Made by a program: the position numbers and the translations under genes | The notes under the pieces: generated by a model | The model's database searches: none | Seen by the model: the letters and a program-made list of their open reading frames with translations, nothing else | What the model was told of the DNA's origin: nothing | DNA from: Bigelowiella natans CCMP2755 | Lineage: Eukaryota; Protista; Cercozoa | Length of the DNA stretch: 64,000 nucleotides | NCBI GenBank assembly: GCA_000320545.1 | Contig: ADNK01003479.1 | Coordinates: 1 to 64,000, forward strand | Direction of reading: 5' to 3' | In this document: one piece after another, positions 1-14,098 of the stretch | Layout of the letters: the number at the start of each line of letters is the position of its first letter | Numbering within the stretch: position 1 is the stretch's first letter

Positions 1-15
1 CCCTCCTCTAACTAC

Positions 16-59
<44 letters not shown>

Positions 60-442
60 CGTACCCTCATCACTACTACTTGCTTACAACTGCAATCATG
101 ATACTGAAGCTGGAAAACCCAGCCACTCATTTTATGCAACTCATGGAGACGAAACAACAACTCAAGACTAAGAGGGGGGGGGGTCCAGAACATAGTCACA
201 GTCGTGTATTTTCTGATATCTGGTAGTAGTAGTAGTAGTAGAAGAAGAAGAAGAAGAAGAAGAAGAATAAGCACCATCAATAGATGGATGCTATAATATG
301 ATGATTATATGATGATGATGATGATGATGATGATGCGGTGCAGTGTAGTTGTAGCAGCTAATAGAATAATGCTCAAGGTGTCATAAAGACCCATGATGGA
401 TGCGCGTATGCTTGTATTACGACGAGGAAGGAGAGAGAGAAA

Positions 443-484
<42 letters not shown>

Positions 485-569
485 GGATGATGCAGTTGAG
501 TATTCTCCTTTGTTGGCAAGGATACTTCTACTACTACTACCTCTAAATCCTTCAATGCGTCGTCATTAG

Positions 570-1538
570 GAAAAGAACATCTCCTCGCATTGCTGCTGGG
601 ACCGCCAACGATGATCTTCGTCATCACCCTCTCAACAAGTACGTACTACGTTTCTCCTTGTTTTTAATCCTTTTGCGTTGGGAACAACGGCATCTCTCGC
701 CAATCTCTGTCTTCATTGAAACAGCGCTATTTGCAGCATAGAATGAGTAGTGCGGTGCATGTGTGTGTGTGTGTTTGCGTGTGCGTTATAGGCCTAATAG
801 CATCATGCAACAGACTTGGCAAAGCGACGGGTAATATTAGCATGTGAAGGAGGAGGAACGAGAGGAGGGTGGGGGGGGGCGGGGGAGAGGAGAAGGAGGA
901 ATAATAGTAATAATAAGAAGAATGGGAACAACGAATCAAGCCGATTTTGTAAAATCACAACAATGCAGTAGCAGCAGTAGCAGCAGCAGCAGAACGATAG
1001 AAAGAACATACACTGTTCCAAAAGGACATCGCTACAATTGTGTGTGCTTTACATCATCATCTGTGTAAATTCCCATAGAAAGAACATGAAAGCAAGCGCT
1101 CCTTGAATCATATCATTATCAGTACCATCATCCTCATCATCATCCTGTGTTTTACGGTTCTAGATTTGCGGCCACCCTCCCTCAGATAGACGAGGACTCG
1201 GCCTATACCTTCAAGATCAGTTTCATCACTCAGGTGTGGGGGAGGGGGGGGGTCTATCCACTGTGCATGAGATATGAGACGGCGTCCAAGATGACGTCGA
1301 TACCAGCCGAGTATATGCTAATTGTTGATTCCTAAACATTGATGTTAGGTGTGGGTGTTGTTCAAGCGGCGCGCCAAGCTCCAGCTGATTGATCTGAATA
1401 GATTTGCGTTTAACTTGAGCTTCTATGTGATGGCAGGTACTTGTGAAGAAGATGATGGTATTATTATGAGGATCGTGGTGATTGATAGATAGTGGTGATG
1501 ATTATCATAATGATGGCATGAGGGTTTCAAGTGTCGCG

Positions 1539-1576
<38 letters not shown>

Positions 1577-1597
1577 GATTCGTTTTTCCGTTGTTCT

Positions 1598-1628
<31 letters not shown>

Positions 1629-1967
1629 CACTACTACTTTAACCACCGTCTTTCTTTCTGCAAAGCTGCTTTCCTCGGCGCCATCTTTTGGAAGCTAGAG
1701 CTAACACAAGACAAACTCCGCGACAGAGAATCTGCAGTTTTTAGCACGATTACCTTCACGGTTTGGATGTCTCTTAACACGAGCAGCCCCAAGTTGCTCC
1801 TTGAGAAAGCTGTCGTAGCACATGAGTACCATAACGGGTAGTAGTAGTAGTAGTAGTATTTAATGATGATGATGATGATCGTGAATCTATGAGAGAAGAA
1901 GTAAATGAGGATAGACCTGCCATGTTTATTTATCGGATTTAATTCTCACAATCAACCAACCATTTCA

Positions 1968-2005
<38 letters not shown>

Positions 2006-2399
2006 ATGCTTGAAACACTACCTCCCATCCCTCTCGCACCGATATGAATACTTCGGAAGAACGCTCATGCTTAAGGAAAATTGTGATCGTTAGGTACTAT
2101 CGATTACCGGCGTATTACTTAGCCATGTTGCTCTGCGACACCATCTTCATGAGCGTGTACATAGTCGTTTTCACTTCCATCTGCTGGTATATGATGGGGC
2201 TAAATGCGAACTGGACCGAGTTCTATATGATAAATTGGATGCTTGCACTCATGAGTGATCAATTAGGCTTTACAGCGGTAGTAGTAGTAGTAGTAGTAGT
2301 AGTGCCAAATAACAACAACAATCATCGTCGTTGTCACCATAATCACACATACTCGCATTATATCTTCATAATCTTATCATCCTCATGATCATGATCATG

Positions 2400-2431
<32 letters not shown>

Positions 2432-3221
2432 GTATCTTCATACTCCCCAACCGATCAGGGAAGTCTGGCTACATCCATCACGTCGGCAATGCTCATTGCA
2501 CCATTCGTCTATGTGCCGTGCTCAATCTTGTGCGGATTTTTCATCACGCCAGAGAACATTCCTCTATACTTTCGATGGTTGCATGAAATATCATTCATTA
2601 GATTCGGCTGGCATATGATCATGGTAAGTCATGCTTCCCCCCCCCCCCCCCTTCCCCAAAATAATGAAGAAAGAGGAGGGAAAAGAAAGGGGATGATCTT
2701 TGGATCCTTGCTTTGTTATCAATGATAATTCTTGCAGGAAGAGAGTCATTTCAATATATCTAATTGTGCTTTATTATTCCCCTTTTCTAGCCAGATGATG
2801 ATGTACTACTCTCGATCTTAGTTACACTACTACTTTCGTAATAATCCATTTCATCCTTCTGCACCACTTCACTCCCCCTCCCTTCCCATTGGATCAATCC
2901 CCTCAAAAGGTTTCCGAGTTTGTTGGGCTTGAGATCGAGCCGTGCACATACGAGGACTTTCGCAACGGAAAATGTCCTTTAGGCCCTTGCAACAAGCAGT
3001 TTGATCGACCCATGTCGCAACTTCACCACAAGTTTCTCTCGTGCAAAGGGGAAAAACTCCTAGAGGTGTTGGATATGGCGCCTGATATGTGGGAAACATG
3101 TCTTTTTCGACTTTCCGTACTCGTTATTGGACTTATCATCCTCGGATACGTGGCATGTGCGCGCGTCGTCGTTACGCGGTTCGGCTCGGGCTATTTCATA
3201 AATTGTGGATGCTGTCGTTGA
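570..3221 (+). CDS. ABCG (White-family) ABC transporter, C-terminal ABC2 membrane domain; 5' part probably lies upstream of the window
   Basis: GT-AG exons (approx. 1163-1233, 1350-1436, 1666-1837, 2094-2277, 2459-2623, 2910-3221) join in frame: ...SFITQVWVLFKRR...FLGAIFWKL...EKAVVAHEYHNGYYRLPAYYLA...ILCGFFITPENIPLYFRWLHEISFIRFGW...; this is the typical ABCG transmembrane-domain pattern. Confidence 0.9.
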
Positions 3222-3414
3222 TCTGGGATGGAAATCCGAGTGCAATGCAATACCAGCCTGGGAAATAGCAGCAGTGCTTCGTCAATAGAGGCTGTGGACA
3301 GAAACCTAATGTCGATTTGCTGCATGTGGTTTGTTTGCACAGAAATTAGAGTGGAGAAAAGAAGAGGCAAGCAAGCACCAACTCCCATGATCCGTGTCGT
3401 ATTTGACATTGCTA

Positions 3415-3454
<40 letters not shown>

Positions 3455-3480
3455 AGTTGATTAGTATGGGCAGTCCCATG

Positions 3481-4320
3481 CGTGGGTTGTGTTGCATGAT
3501 GCATGCCATGCACCCACTTCTTCCTCACATGCACTGACTGCTATGAGCCAATGTGATCGGTAGAAATAGCGAGCTTTGCGTGTGCCGCATCCGATGATGA
3601 GCCAATTGTTGATTTTTGCCACATCAAGTTGCTCGAGCATGCCAGCATGCATGCCTCACGACAGCACTCTGCTCCTGCATGCTGTGCCATGCCCAAATCT
3701 GTGATCGCTGTTGCACGTGTGTGCTCACGTACAAAGCATGTGGTTTAGCAGTGACGGGCCAAGCTAGCAAGGTGCGTAGCAGCATGCAGTGCACGTGATG
3801 CGTGCATGCTGGCATGAGCACACAACAGCACACACGCAGGTGCTCACTTTGCATGCATGCTGGGAATGAATCATCGAATTGACGAATGATGAGGTCTAGA
3901 GGTGCCTAGGTGTTTCACCTGGCTAGCTGGCATGCATGCTGTGGCTAGCACTAGCTGGAGCATGCTGGCGCTGGCGGCATACTGGCATGGCTCGATGGTT
4001 GTGCAATGCTGGAATGGTGCAGCTGAGAGGATCGCTGCCTTGAGCAGGCACGAACTAGCGAAGGAAGTGAATCAGAGCGTCGCGCGTTCCCCTCCACTCG
4101 AAACCGAAGCTTGCGCAGCGCACCATTGCTAAAACGTTCACAATTGAACACTCAGGAAGAAAGAAGGAAAGAAAGAAGTGATTTCGTTGGAGCGGTTGAA
4201 AGGATCATGGATGAGTCGTCCCATCGAGACAACAATCTGCGAGCATCCTCAGCTGCGTGCATGAGCTTGAAACAAATGGAAAACAAATGCACAGAAAAAA
4301 TGATGATGTGCGTCAGGGCA
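3481..4320. other. TpA-depleted, TG/CA-rich intergenic island
   Basis: About 15 TA in 840 bp by eye, nearly all in CTAG, TAG or CTA; abundant TGCA/CATG; CpG retained. Confidence 0.85.
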
Positions 4321-4511
4321 AATTATATGCAAAAATACATGGGTATTTTATGGTGCGACAACTGAAAATCAGTTGTATTTCCCTCCGAATGGAACAAAAC
4401 TAACTGCCCTGATATGTGATCAATGGGAGACCACAGACTGTAATAATAATACGTGGTAGTATTGCAATGGGGTACTGATCAAGTGCTGAAGGACTACCAG
4501 AGAACGAGACT

Positions 4512-5339
4512 ATGATTGGCAGTTCCTCTGTGATATTATTTGTATTGTGGTTGCTGCAAGCCTCCTCAGCAGTGGTACCGGTAAAACAAGTAGCACCATC
4601 TCCACATTTCTTATCTTACCAGCCGTCATGGAAGAAGACGAGGAAGACGTGTCAAGCTGCTGAAGAAAACCATGCTGTTAGAATGATGTCAGAAGTAAGT
4701 ACTGTTCTGCCTAGTATGAATAAACAATGGTTCTAAAAAAATAAGACTGCACTTACATGGAGACTCTCGATTCCCTTGTAATGTCAATTTGACTCATCTT
4801 TCTGAGAATAGGAACAAATGGCAGATATCCAATACAATTTTTACACATGACGTTAGACCTCAAACCCTAATCATAATCCTCTGTATGTTCTAACTCTCCT
4901 CCTCCTCCTCCTCCTCCTCCTCCTCCTCCTCCTCCTCCTCCTCCATCTCGTTACTACTACACCAAGCTGCAGCCTAGTGAGGTCCGCATTAATACATGGC
5001 ATAGACCCCTTTATCTATGGCCAATTCTGCATCCCAAAAACAAGAGGACGGGTAGGACACAGAAATCAGCCTTACAGAGGTGACAAACAACATTCAAATT
5101 TCCAATCAAAAGATTTCGATCAGACTCATGATTGGATAATTGAATATGTTTCAGTAAGCAGCTACAGCTATGGCCATCATCCTGCACCTTATGGACTCAT
5201 TTCCACACAAATCGGCCAAATCATCTCCTAGCTACAAAGAGGATTAAAAAAGACACTCTTCCTGAACATGCTGTTACTGCGGTAGGCAATTGAGTATTAC
5301 AGCGCTTCAAGTGGCGGGGGGTGTGTTTATTCACATCCC

Positions 5340-5386
<47 letters not shown>

Positions 5387-5410
5387 AATCAAACACACGC
5401 ACACACGCAC

Positions 5411-5451
<41 letters not shown>

Positions 5452-6825
5452 CTTAATGAAATATTGCATTATAAGGTGGACCCCCACTCGATATTTTTCA
5501 TATCAAATGTTCTGGTTATGCCGTTCTACTCGTTACTTCTTGCCGCCCCTGAGTAAGTAAAGAGATGTGCTTCATGATGATGATGTCAAGTGTAAGTATA
5601 AAGAAGCGAATCATAGCAACGACAAAAACGATGTAATGCAGCCCTCGAAGCTTCCAAATAAGAAAAATAAAATTTCTAATCCCATGATCATATCCGATAA
5701 TGTCATCTCCCAACGCGCATGCCACGTAATATAATTATTACATGAATAGATGGAAAAGAACAAAGGCGCTCATTACGAATGATCTTTACCTGATGCCTCT
5801 ATTGGTGCTGTACATAATTCTGCTAGGACAAGTAAGTGAACGTAGGAGTAGAGAACAAGCAGATATTATATTTGTTAGTTATTGTTAGGGAGAGAAGTTC
5901 CTCTTAGGCTGTTTCTCCTCAATTTGAGAATAAATCAGCACGCTTACTAAGTAGGAGATCCTCCTGATGACTGCCCCCTGTGTTTTTATCTATTCTCTTC
6001 TATTTTTTGGAAGATGATTTGCCCAATAGAACTTGGCAGTGCATGGCTCCATCATGGGGGGGGGGCTGAAGTCGTTACTTCGACCTCAAATGCAGTGGTT
6101 TCATCTACAATTGCAAGCCCCCTCTCCTTTCTCAAAATCTGGTGGGATGGATTGATGTGGATCTTGATGAAGTTGGGGGCAACGATGCTTCATTTGTCAG
6201 GTAGTACTATATATTAGATGAATGGCAGGGTGGATCTTCATCTTCTCTCGTCATTCACGAGTCAGAATAAAAAGAAACGACGGGATGATGAGAGCATTAC
6301 TACTTTTATTTTTTGGAATACATTTCAATCTGATTACGACTCTCTATCCCTCTCTATCCCCCCCTCGCCCCACCCCCCTCTCGGTCTCTGTGTCTCATGT
6401 GTGTGTGTATGGATGGTAGATATTGACTTTCCCTACCCATTGCATGCTATAGTTGCATTATGCATCGTTTCTCCTCATTTTCGAACAAAGGAAGACGAAT
6501 AATTGTCCTTCGTTGAATAGGCTTCAAGGATTTGCTTTCGAGCCAGATGCACATGGCAACGGTGATATAACATACGACGGAGTCCTGCACATACTTGGAG
6601 CTGATTGGGAATATACGATTTGAATATAAGAGACAAGCCCTCCCCCTCCTCTTCCTCCTCCTTGTTGCTGTGATCGTTCTGTTTAGAAACCCTAAATACT
6701 TTTCCTTCTCCTCCTCCTCCTCCTCCTCCTCCTCCTCCTCCTCCTCCTCCTCTTCCTCCTCCTCCATCTCGATGACAGATATGGATTCATTTCTTGCTTC
6801 TTGATTTATATATGGCAAGGTATGC

Positions 6826-6861
<36 letters not shown>

Positions 6862-7237
6862 ACGTTCAAAGCAAAAAGTATCATATGACTTTATAGTAGT
6901 GCCAGAATATGGAGATGATAATGAAGCATACCATCATCATTATTATCAACATCATCAACATCAGCAGCAAGCAGCACAGCAGCGTATTGCAACTGTATGT
7001 GTTATCTGAAGTCATGTAAATTCTAAGCTTCATCTCTGTTTGTTCGATATGTTTGTTGCATTGTCTGTCAGACGTCTCTTGCTCGCAGCTCAAAGATCAA
7101 CTCCTAAACTACCTGCAAAGCATACTATACTTCTATGCTGGATGTTTGGCCCTCTAGGTTTTCTCTCGCATGTACTCACCAGTGCCATATTCAAGTACAG
7201 GTGGTCATCTAGACAAAATGCTGCTACGTCTTCTTAA
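4512..7237 (+). CDS. ABA4: ABA4/DUF4281-family (neoxanthin-synthesis-like) membrane protein with bipartite plastid-targeting leader
   Basis: Exons give MIGSSSVILFVLWLLQASSA (signal peptide), a basic/Ser-rich spacer, then SIFFISNVLVMPFYSLLLAAPEWKRTKALI..., IWIHFLLLDLYMAR and HTILLCWMFGPLGFLSHVLT, matching the WxHxLxxDL and HxxxLCxMFGPxG motifs of the ABA4 family. Middle exon structure is uncertain. Confidence 0.8.
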
Positions 7238-7845
7238 CCTTCTAGGATGTGTTGCGGATGTGTTGCTAAAGCACTGAGCGTGTGTCCAGATATGTATAGA
7301 TAACAAGCAAGTACATAATGGGTTTTGGAACCTCCAAACAATACAACACATCCAGGATATCACAAGCGCTTTTGCGCATAGCAAAGTGCAAGTACCGCAT
7401 AGCATGCACACCCAAAATTAGCTGATGTATGCTGCAGCTAAATCCCGTATGCATTTATGTGGTAGTCGTGATCACATCAGCTAGTGGTACGTCGGTGTGG
7501 AAAATCTACAACACATATGAAATGAAACCTAACATACATGAGTTATTAGATTTAGTGTGTATAGCGCGCGGCTGGATGTAGATCTAGCCACGCATTATTA
7601 GCTCTTAATTGTGCTTGATCAATATTCTTTAAGCTAGTAGTCAATGTTGAATGTACAATACATGGGCGATCGATCATTATGTACGTACGGCAAGTGCGCT
7701 CACAGGTGATAGCCTTGCTGTACGTAATTGCAGGGCAGCATAGCTGTACATGTCCACTTATATTATTAGACAATGCATGCTCGTTTGTTGTACATGTGCA
7801 GCAAGCTGCAAAACGTGGAAGATTTTTCTAGACCTGAGCAAGATG

Positions 7846-8361
7846 CTAATTTGTTGTTGATGAATTATCTAAAGTGAGATCACTTTCACTTTTCTTTGCA
7901 CCGAATCTTAATCTAATTTTTCGATATACATTAAGAGTTAGAGCTACGTGTGCCTCCCAGTCTTCTTTATTCACGATTGATCTTTTTGCTCGCGTATTAA
8001 TTGCCTCAACTTCGGCAGCTAATTCGAGTAATGCGTTTGGAATGACAACCGGGCGATGGGTGCCATTGTTGTCGTCAGCTCCTTCATTATCGATGACTAA
8101 CAATTACCAAACCATGCGTCTCTTAGGAAGAACAAAAAGACGATTTAAATTCGTTCTAATCCGAGCATCACAGACATGACATTTGTTTCGCGGCCTTATC
8201 AATGCCTAACACGCGGCGCAAAGCAAGAGAAAAAGACCTCCACGTAGACACTGCTCTCCATCATATTTGCAAACTATCATCCAATCGTCAAGTTTTGCGC
8301 CATGAACCTGGAGATAGAGGAATGAGCTTCAAAGAAGTGCACTAGTATAACTTTTATTTGC

Positions 8362-8402
<41 letters not shown>

Positions 8403-8902
8403 TCTCTCCCTCCCCCTCTCCCTTATCCCATCGAATAAAGGTAGATCAGTAGGCTGATCCTACATTTTCTTTAACAGGACAAACGGTGAATCCGGAGTAT
8501 TTCCCACAACGAAGAATGTACCTAAGAACACACAACAACAACAATAACAACAACAACAAAGTCCCTTCTGAGCTCTCTACTCAATAAACACGGGATGTTC
8601 CTTTCAGCCGACTTATTTCTTCCATTAGCAAGCATTTTCATTCTTATACAAGTTTCTTGCTTTTCCAACACGTATACATGAAAATTGTCTTTTCACATCA
8701 TCATAGGTATAATCCCTAGTCTTGAACGAATAAAGTACTTGACGTGCTGCTAAAATAACATCAACAACTATTATTACTACTACTACCATAAGAATATTGG
8801 AGATCCCGGAAACAACACATTGTCAGCTACAATAACAGCACCAGCCTGGAGCAATCCTTCATCTTCCAGTCTCAGAAGTGTGTTGTGATATTTTGTGCTA
8901 AA

Positions 8903-8933
<31 letters not shown>

Positions 8934-9633
8934 TGTTTTGTTGTAGGAAGGATAGTGGTAGTCAGTGGAAGAAATCAAGACAACTTAACGGTAGTATTAC
9001 GAATCAAATTTAGAGAATTTATGTAAAGCACACAAGGTGATTGTTCCCTTTGCCTGCTCTTTCTAGTAGGAGTGCTACTTACTTACTTACTTACTAACTA
9101 CTGGCGACGAACCATTCATTCTCAACTTGATCATTTTCAACCAATGACTCACTCCTCACAAGATGGATAGCCATTATTTCATGATGCCGTGTTTGTTAGT
9201 ACTTCGTTGTTATAGTATCATCATCATTTTGTATTGCTCATCTCTGCTATCATTTGCATACTCGATATTGTTTATTTAGCACCTATTATGATCCATGAAT
9301 ACAAGTCCAAAATCCAATGGTGACGAAGAAGCCTCGCTGCTACATATACTACTCTCCCCTCTACTACTTTTCTGTTCCTTTTCATTTTCTTTTTTGTAAT
9401 TTTGAGGACATTGGCGTGGTGTTTGCTCTTGCTGCCTCCTCTTTGTTGTTCTTTTTCTTCTTCTATTAGTCTCAGCAATACAGGGGAGAATGTCATCTAC
9501 ATTGCCCGTCCTGAACTCTACAATATGTGCGACACCCGCATAAAATGCTAATATACGAGCCAAACAACTACATACAACATCGCTCTCTATGGAAACGACG
9601 CGGATACTTCTTCCACTCCTCTTCGATCTCGTT

Positions 9634-9664
<31 letters not shown>

Positions 9665-9683
9665 CAGCATGATGATGAGGAGG

Positions 9684-9722
<39 letters not shown>

Positions 9723-10239
9723 TCTGCATCGATGATGTAGCAGGGTATGCGCCATGACAATGGCAGAGTACCCAATATAGCCTCCTATATCTAAGACAGC
9801 ACCAGCCTCTTCGCTCATCATCATTCGTTTCGAATGTTGTGACGACACGATCATACTCAAAGCTTTGCCACGTAAAGCACCCGCAATTTTAAGACGATGG
9901 CCTTTTTGAGTGAGAATATGAGAATATTCCTCCAGACAGCGAAGAACCTCTGCTGCATCCCCAAACTTGGCGTGATCCATAACGAATCTTACTGCCTCGT
10001 ATTCGTGATAATGCGAGCTTATAATATGTTCCAGGGGTAACTTTTGGAATTGCTGCAGCAATCTTGGTGTTGGCTGCTTCGCCGTGTATCGCTCTTTTTG
10101 TCGTTTTGGACGAGGATTATAATCAACAGCTTCTTCCACCCGGGCTAGTGCTCCGACTAGTAGCTCTTCCGTGATATTCTGCGTACTAAGTCTGCTGTCA
10201 AAACAACCACCACAACTAACACTACTACTTCTACTACTA

Positions 10240-10281
<42 letters not shown>

Positions 10282-13200
10282 TTCTTGGTGATGACACCGC
10301 TATCTATGCATCTTTCTTTGTCATCAGCATTGCTACAATATCGATTGTTGCCGTCGTCATTTTTATCATTAATCTTCTTGCTTTCCTTATTACTAGTATC
10401 ATCATCATCATCATTTTGTATACTTCTACTCTTATCGTGCTGCATCATATTATGTTTCAAATGGCTATCTAGGTGTGAAATCATCAATAGTAGGCTGCTG
10501 CTGGTACTAGGAATGGTGGGTGTATTATTCTCTTTAGCTTCTTCAACTCCTTTCTCCTGATAACTAGGCACTATTCCCTCCGTTGTGACAGCAGCAGCAG
10601 CAGCAGCGGCTGTCTCCTCCTCCTCCTCCTCCTTCATTTTCTTCTTTAAATCTTTGATTAAAATTCGTATCTTATGATTTGAAGGCTTAGAAATCTTGGT
10701 AAATAAAGCTCTTACAACCAGACTCCCTAGTAACATAACGCTCCTTGCACCATATCCGCTGCTGCTGCTGGTGGTAGTGGTGGCTTTGCAATAGGAGATA
10801 AGTCGGCGAATAATCGTACTCTGTATAGACCAATTACCTTCTGTTTCTGCAGCTCTAAGTAGATTCTGGTACATTGCAATATCCCAAAAACCGCAAACTT
10901 CCTCAGCTTCACGAAGTAAGGCCATTCCTTCAACCAGTCCCCCTCTTGGATCATTGTTCGTGCTATTGTCTCTCTCCCCCCGTCTCCTCCTCCTCATCTT
11001 CCTCCCTCCATTTCTTTTAGTCGCAGATGACAAATTTTCCATCTTTGAAACGTGGGCTTTAATTGCCAGAATATAGTGTTGGATTGAAGGCATTGTATCA
11101 CTAGTTGTTGTTGTTGCTGCTGCTGCTGCTGCTGCCGCCTTCTTGTTTTCCTTAAAATTATGAAATAATGCTATTACTTCAGCAGGACGAGATACTGTTT
11201 GGGAGAGCAGAATCCTCATTCTAACGACTACATCACTAGGCCTGGGACTCATCGCTGCAAAGTGCGGTAGTAGTGATACTGATTGTCTAAGATGCTGCTG
11301 CTGCTGCTGCTGGTTGTGGTGGTATTGATGATGATGCCTTAAAGATTTAAAGCCCCTCTTCATGCTTCTAGAAGTGGGTGAAGACGTCGATGTTGATAAT
11401 AATGATGATGATGATGATGATGATGATGTGAGCCATGACCATATGATATCAGCTTCTTCCCACATCTCACTTCTTAAACATGCAACTAAAACGCAATGGA
11501 AAAGGCTCATCAAATCTGGAGGATGATGATAGTATTCTTTTAAGGACTTGAATATCTGAAAAGCAAGAAAAGCTCTATAGCTACGAGAACATGCCATTAG
11601 CAGCGAGCTCCAAGTTATTACGGGGTTATTATTTGGTTTTCTCCTCCCTCTCCAATGCGTGCTCATTTCCAGAAACATCTGAAGAGCTTCTTCAAATCTG
11701 CCTGCTGCAGCACAGGCAGCCATTGCACAGTTCATTACCATAATCCGTGGTCTCGAGTCGTCGTTAAACTTATCAGTGTTGTTGTTTTTGTTGTTGCTCT
11801 TGAGATAGAGCTGTGTTAGTCTTATTGCCCATTGCCATTTTGCTGCTTCTTTGCAAGCAGAGACAACACCCATCCATATATGGCTATTAGGAACAATGTC
11901 AAACTTTTCCAGCTGATTAAAGAGAGCAATCGCCCTTCGCCATTGTCCGGCCCTTGCACAAGATCTAATTGCTGCGCCGAACGTACGATGATTTGGCCTG
12001 ACTCCGTTCTTAATCATCCTCTTCATTATCCTTAGTGTAAGAGAATGGTCCTTCCCACATGCAATCATCGCTGTGTTATATGTTACTGCTTCAACTTGCT
12101 GCTGCCCTGTCTCTACTGCTGCTGCATCCTCCACCAAATCAAGATATGAAAGTACTTTTTTCCAATAAAAGCCCTTCTCACACACTCCAATAGCTGAAGT
12201 GTATGTAAAGTTATCTTTCTTAATGTTGTGAAGATCCATCTTATGCATAAGTTTATTCACATATGCGACATTTCCACTCGCTTTGCATGCTGCAATTGCG
12301 GCATTGAAGCACAGCGTGAGCCCTTTTCCTTCTTCCCTGTTTAGATAAAGCTTCTGTCTTTCAATATCTTCAATAAGTCTCATAACTTTAGTCGCATTTC
12401 CTTTCTTCTTAAAAGCTCCGATGACTGGAAAATAGCACATTGCAGTAATATGTATTCCGAAGCTGGGAAGCTTTCTTAGTATGGTCAGGGCCTTTTCACC
12501 ATCTCCTTTGGCTGCTAATTTTCTCATTTGATTGATGAAATCCTCTTTTGATTGGTGGGAGGTGATATTTTCACCAACTACAGATTTGCTACTACCACTA
12601 CTACTACTATTTCCGCATATTCTTCGGTTTCTTCTTCTTGTTGTTATTATCTCATGGTCTTCTACTACCGACTCTCTATTGCTGTTGTTGTTGTTGTTGT
12701 TGTTGTCGTTGCTTTTATTATGTGCATTGATTTTGTAATTCTGACCCCTCGGTATTATTATTTGCCCTACTATTTTTTCCTCTTCCGTCCTCCTGCTTCT
12801 AATACCTTTCTTCTTCTTCTTCTTCTTCTTCTTCTTCTTCATACTTTCAGCGGCAGCAGCTGCAGCACCACTTGTTACATCGTTATGAACATCTTGATGT
12901 GGTCTCATCATATCGAAGTCATTAGGTCCATTCGCCTCGTAATCACCATCATGATCGTCATCGTCGTCATCATCATCATCATCATCCATCTCTTGGAAAG
13001 AAGAAGACCCTCCCTCCTCTTTAGATATCTTCACCGACCTACATAAATAATAACCATTGTTAATGTGGTGTTCCTGTGGCGACGATGATCTGGCATTCTT
13101 GGATTGAATTACTTCAGAATGAAGCATACTATATAGCTCAACCATCATCATTGCAATGCTATTCCTCTCTCACCGTGACTGGTAATGATCATTACGAATC

Positions 13201-14062
13201 CTTCCAGAAGAAGATGAGACCTCCTCCTCCTTTATGGTTGCTATCATCGTTCTTTTTCTTTCTTCAACTTTTAATTTGGCCGATTTTTCAGTAGTACCGA
13301 TCTTTATTTCGTCCCCAATCTAATGATGAGGTTGGTTGTATACATATTATAATAATAATGATAATAATAATAATAATAAGGAGGAGGAGGAGGCTGCTGC
13401 TGAAAGGCTGGTGGACAAATTAAAAGGTTGTGGTGTGAAGGAAGGCAAGAAAACTGAATAAAGCGTACTTGTTATAACAAGCTAGCTAGCTACTACCTTG
13501 AGGCGCAGCCTAACACCTTTCTTCAATCTGTACGAGTTGTTGATCACAGTTCCATTTCTGGAACCTAGATCCCAAATCATACCTGTTTAATGGAAGAAAG
13601 GGGAGGAGGAAGAGGAGAAAGATACATGAGTAAATGAAGGAAATAAATTACATACTGCATAGTGGTGATGGATGTTGTGTGTACCAAAACATGATTCGCA
13701 GCCGTCTTTTTACTACGTTACTAGCATCCACTACTACTATTACGACTTAACTACGCTATTTTACCATCTAGCACCCACTACTACTATTACGACTTAACTA
13801 CGCTATTTTATCATCTAGCATCCACTACTACTATTACGACTTACTACGCTATTTTACCATCTACGATTCTGCAATGGTGGCGTGATATGCCTGGGAGCTT
13901 CAAGATAACATCTGCGCTTTTCGCTCTGGAAGGAATCCGCAGCAAACCAATGATATTTAATGAATAATGTGGTAGTTACGAGGTGATTGCCTCAAAGGCG
14001 ACTCTCCTTCCTTCCCTCATAGCAATAATAATGTGTAAATCGTTTCCTCTTCTCATTATAAC

Positions 14063-14098
<36 letters not shown>

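Noticed and set aside
8-1068. Short ORFs with poly-L, ER, YI, HT or CV runs (here and throughout)
   Set aside because: Translations of intronic microsatellites.
3461-4365. CpG-methylation decay as the cause of TG/CA excess
   Set aside because: CpG remains common in the islands while TpA is the missing dinucleotide; CpG decay would not remove TA.
9276-13151. 1291-aa ORF as a stand-alone gene
   Set aside because: It is one large internal exon: its start lies in an intron and the methyltransferase domain continues in downstream exons.
13721-13860. CRISPR-like array
   Set aside because: Head-to-tail repeats without spacers inside a eukaryotic intron.
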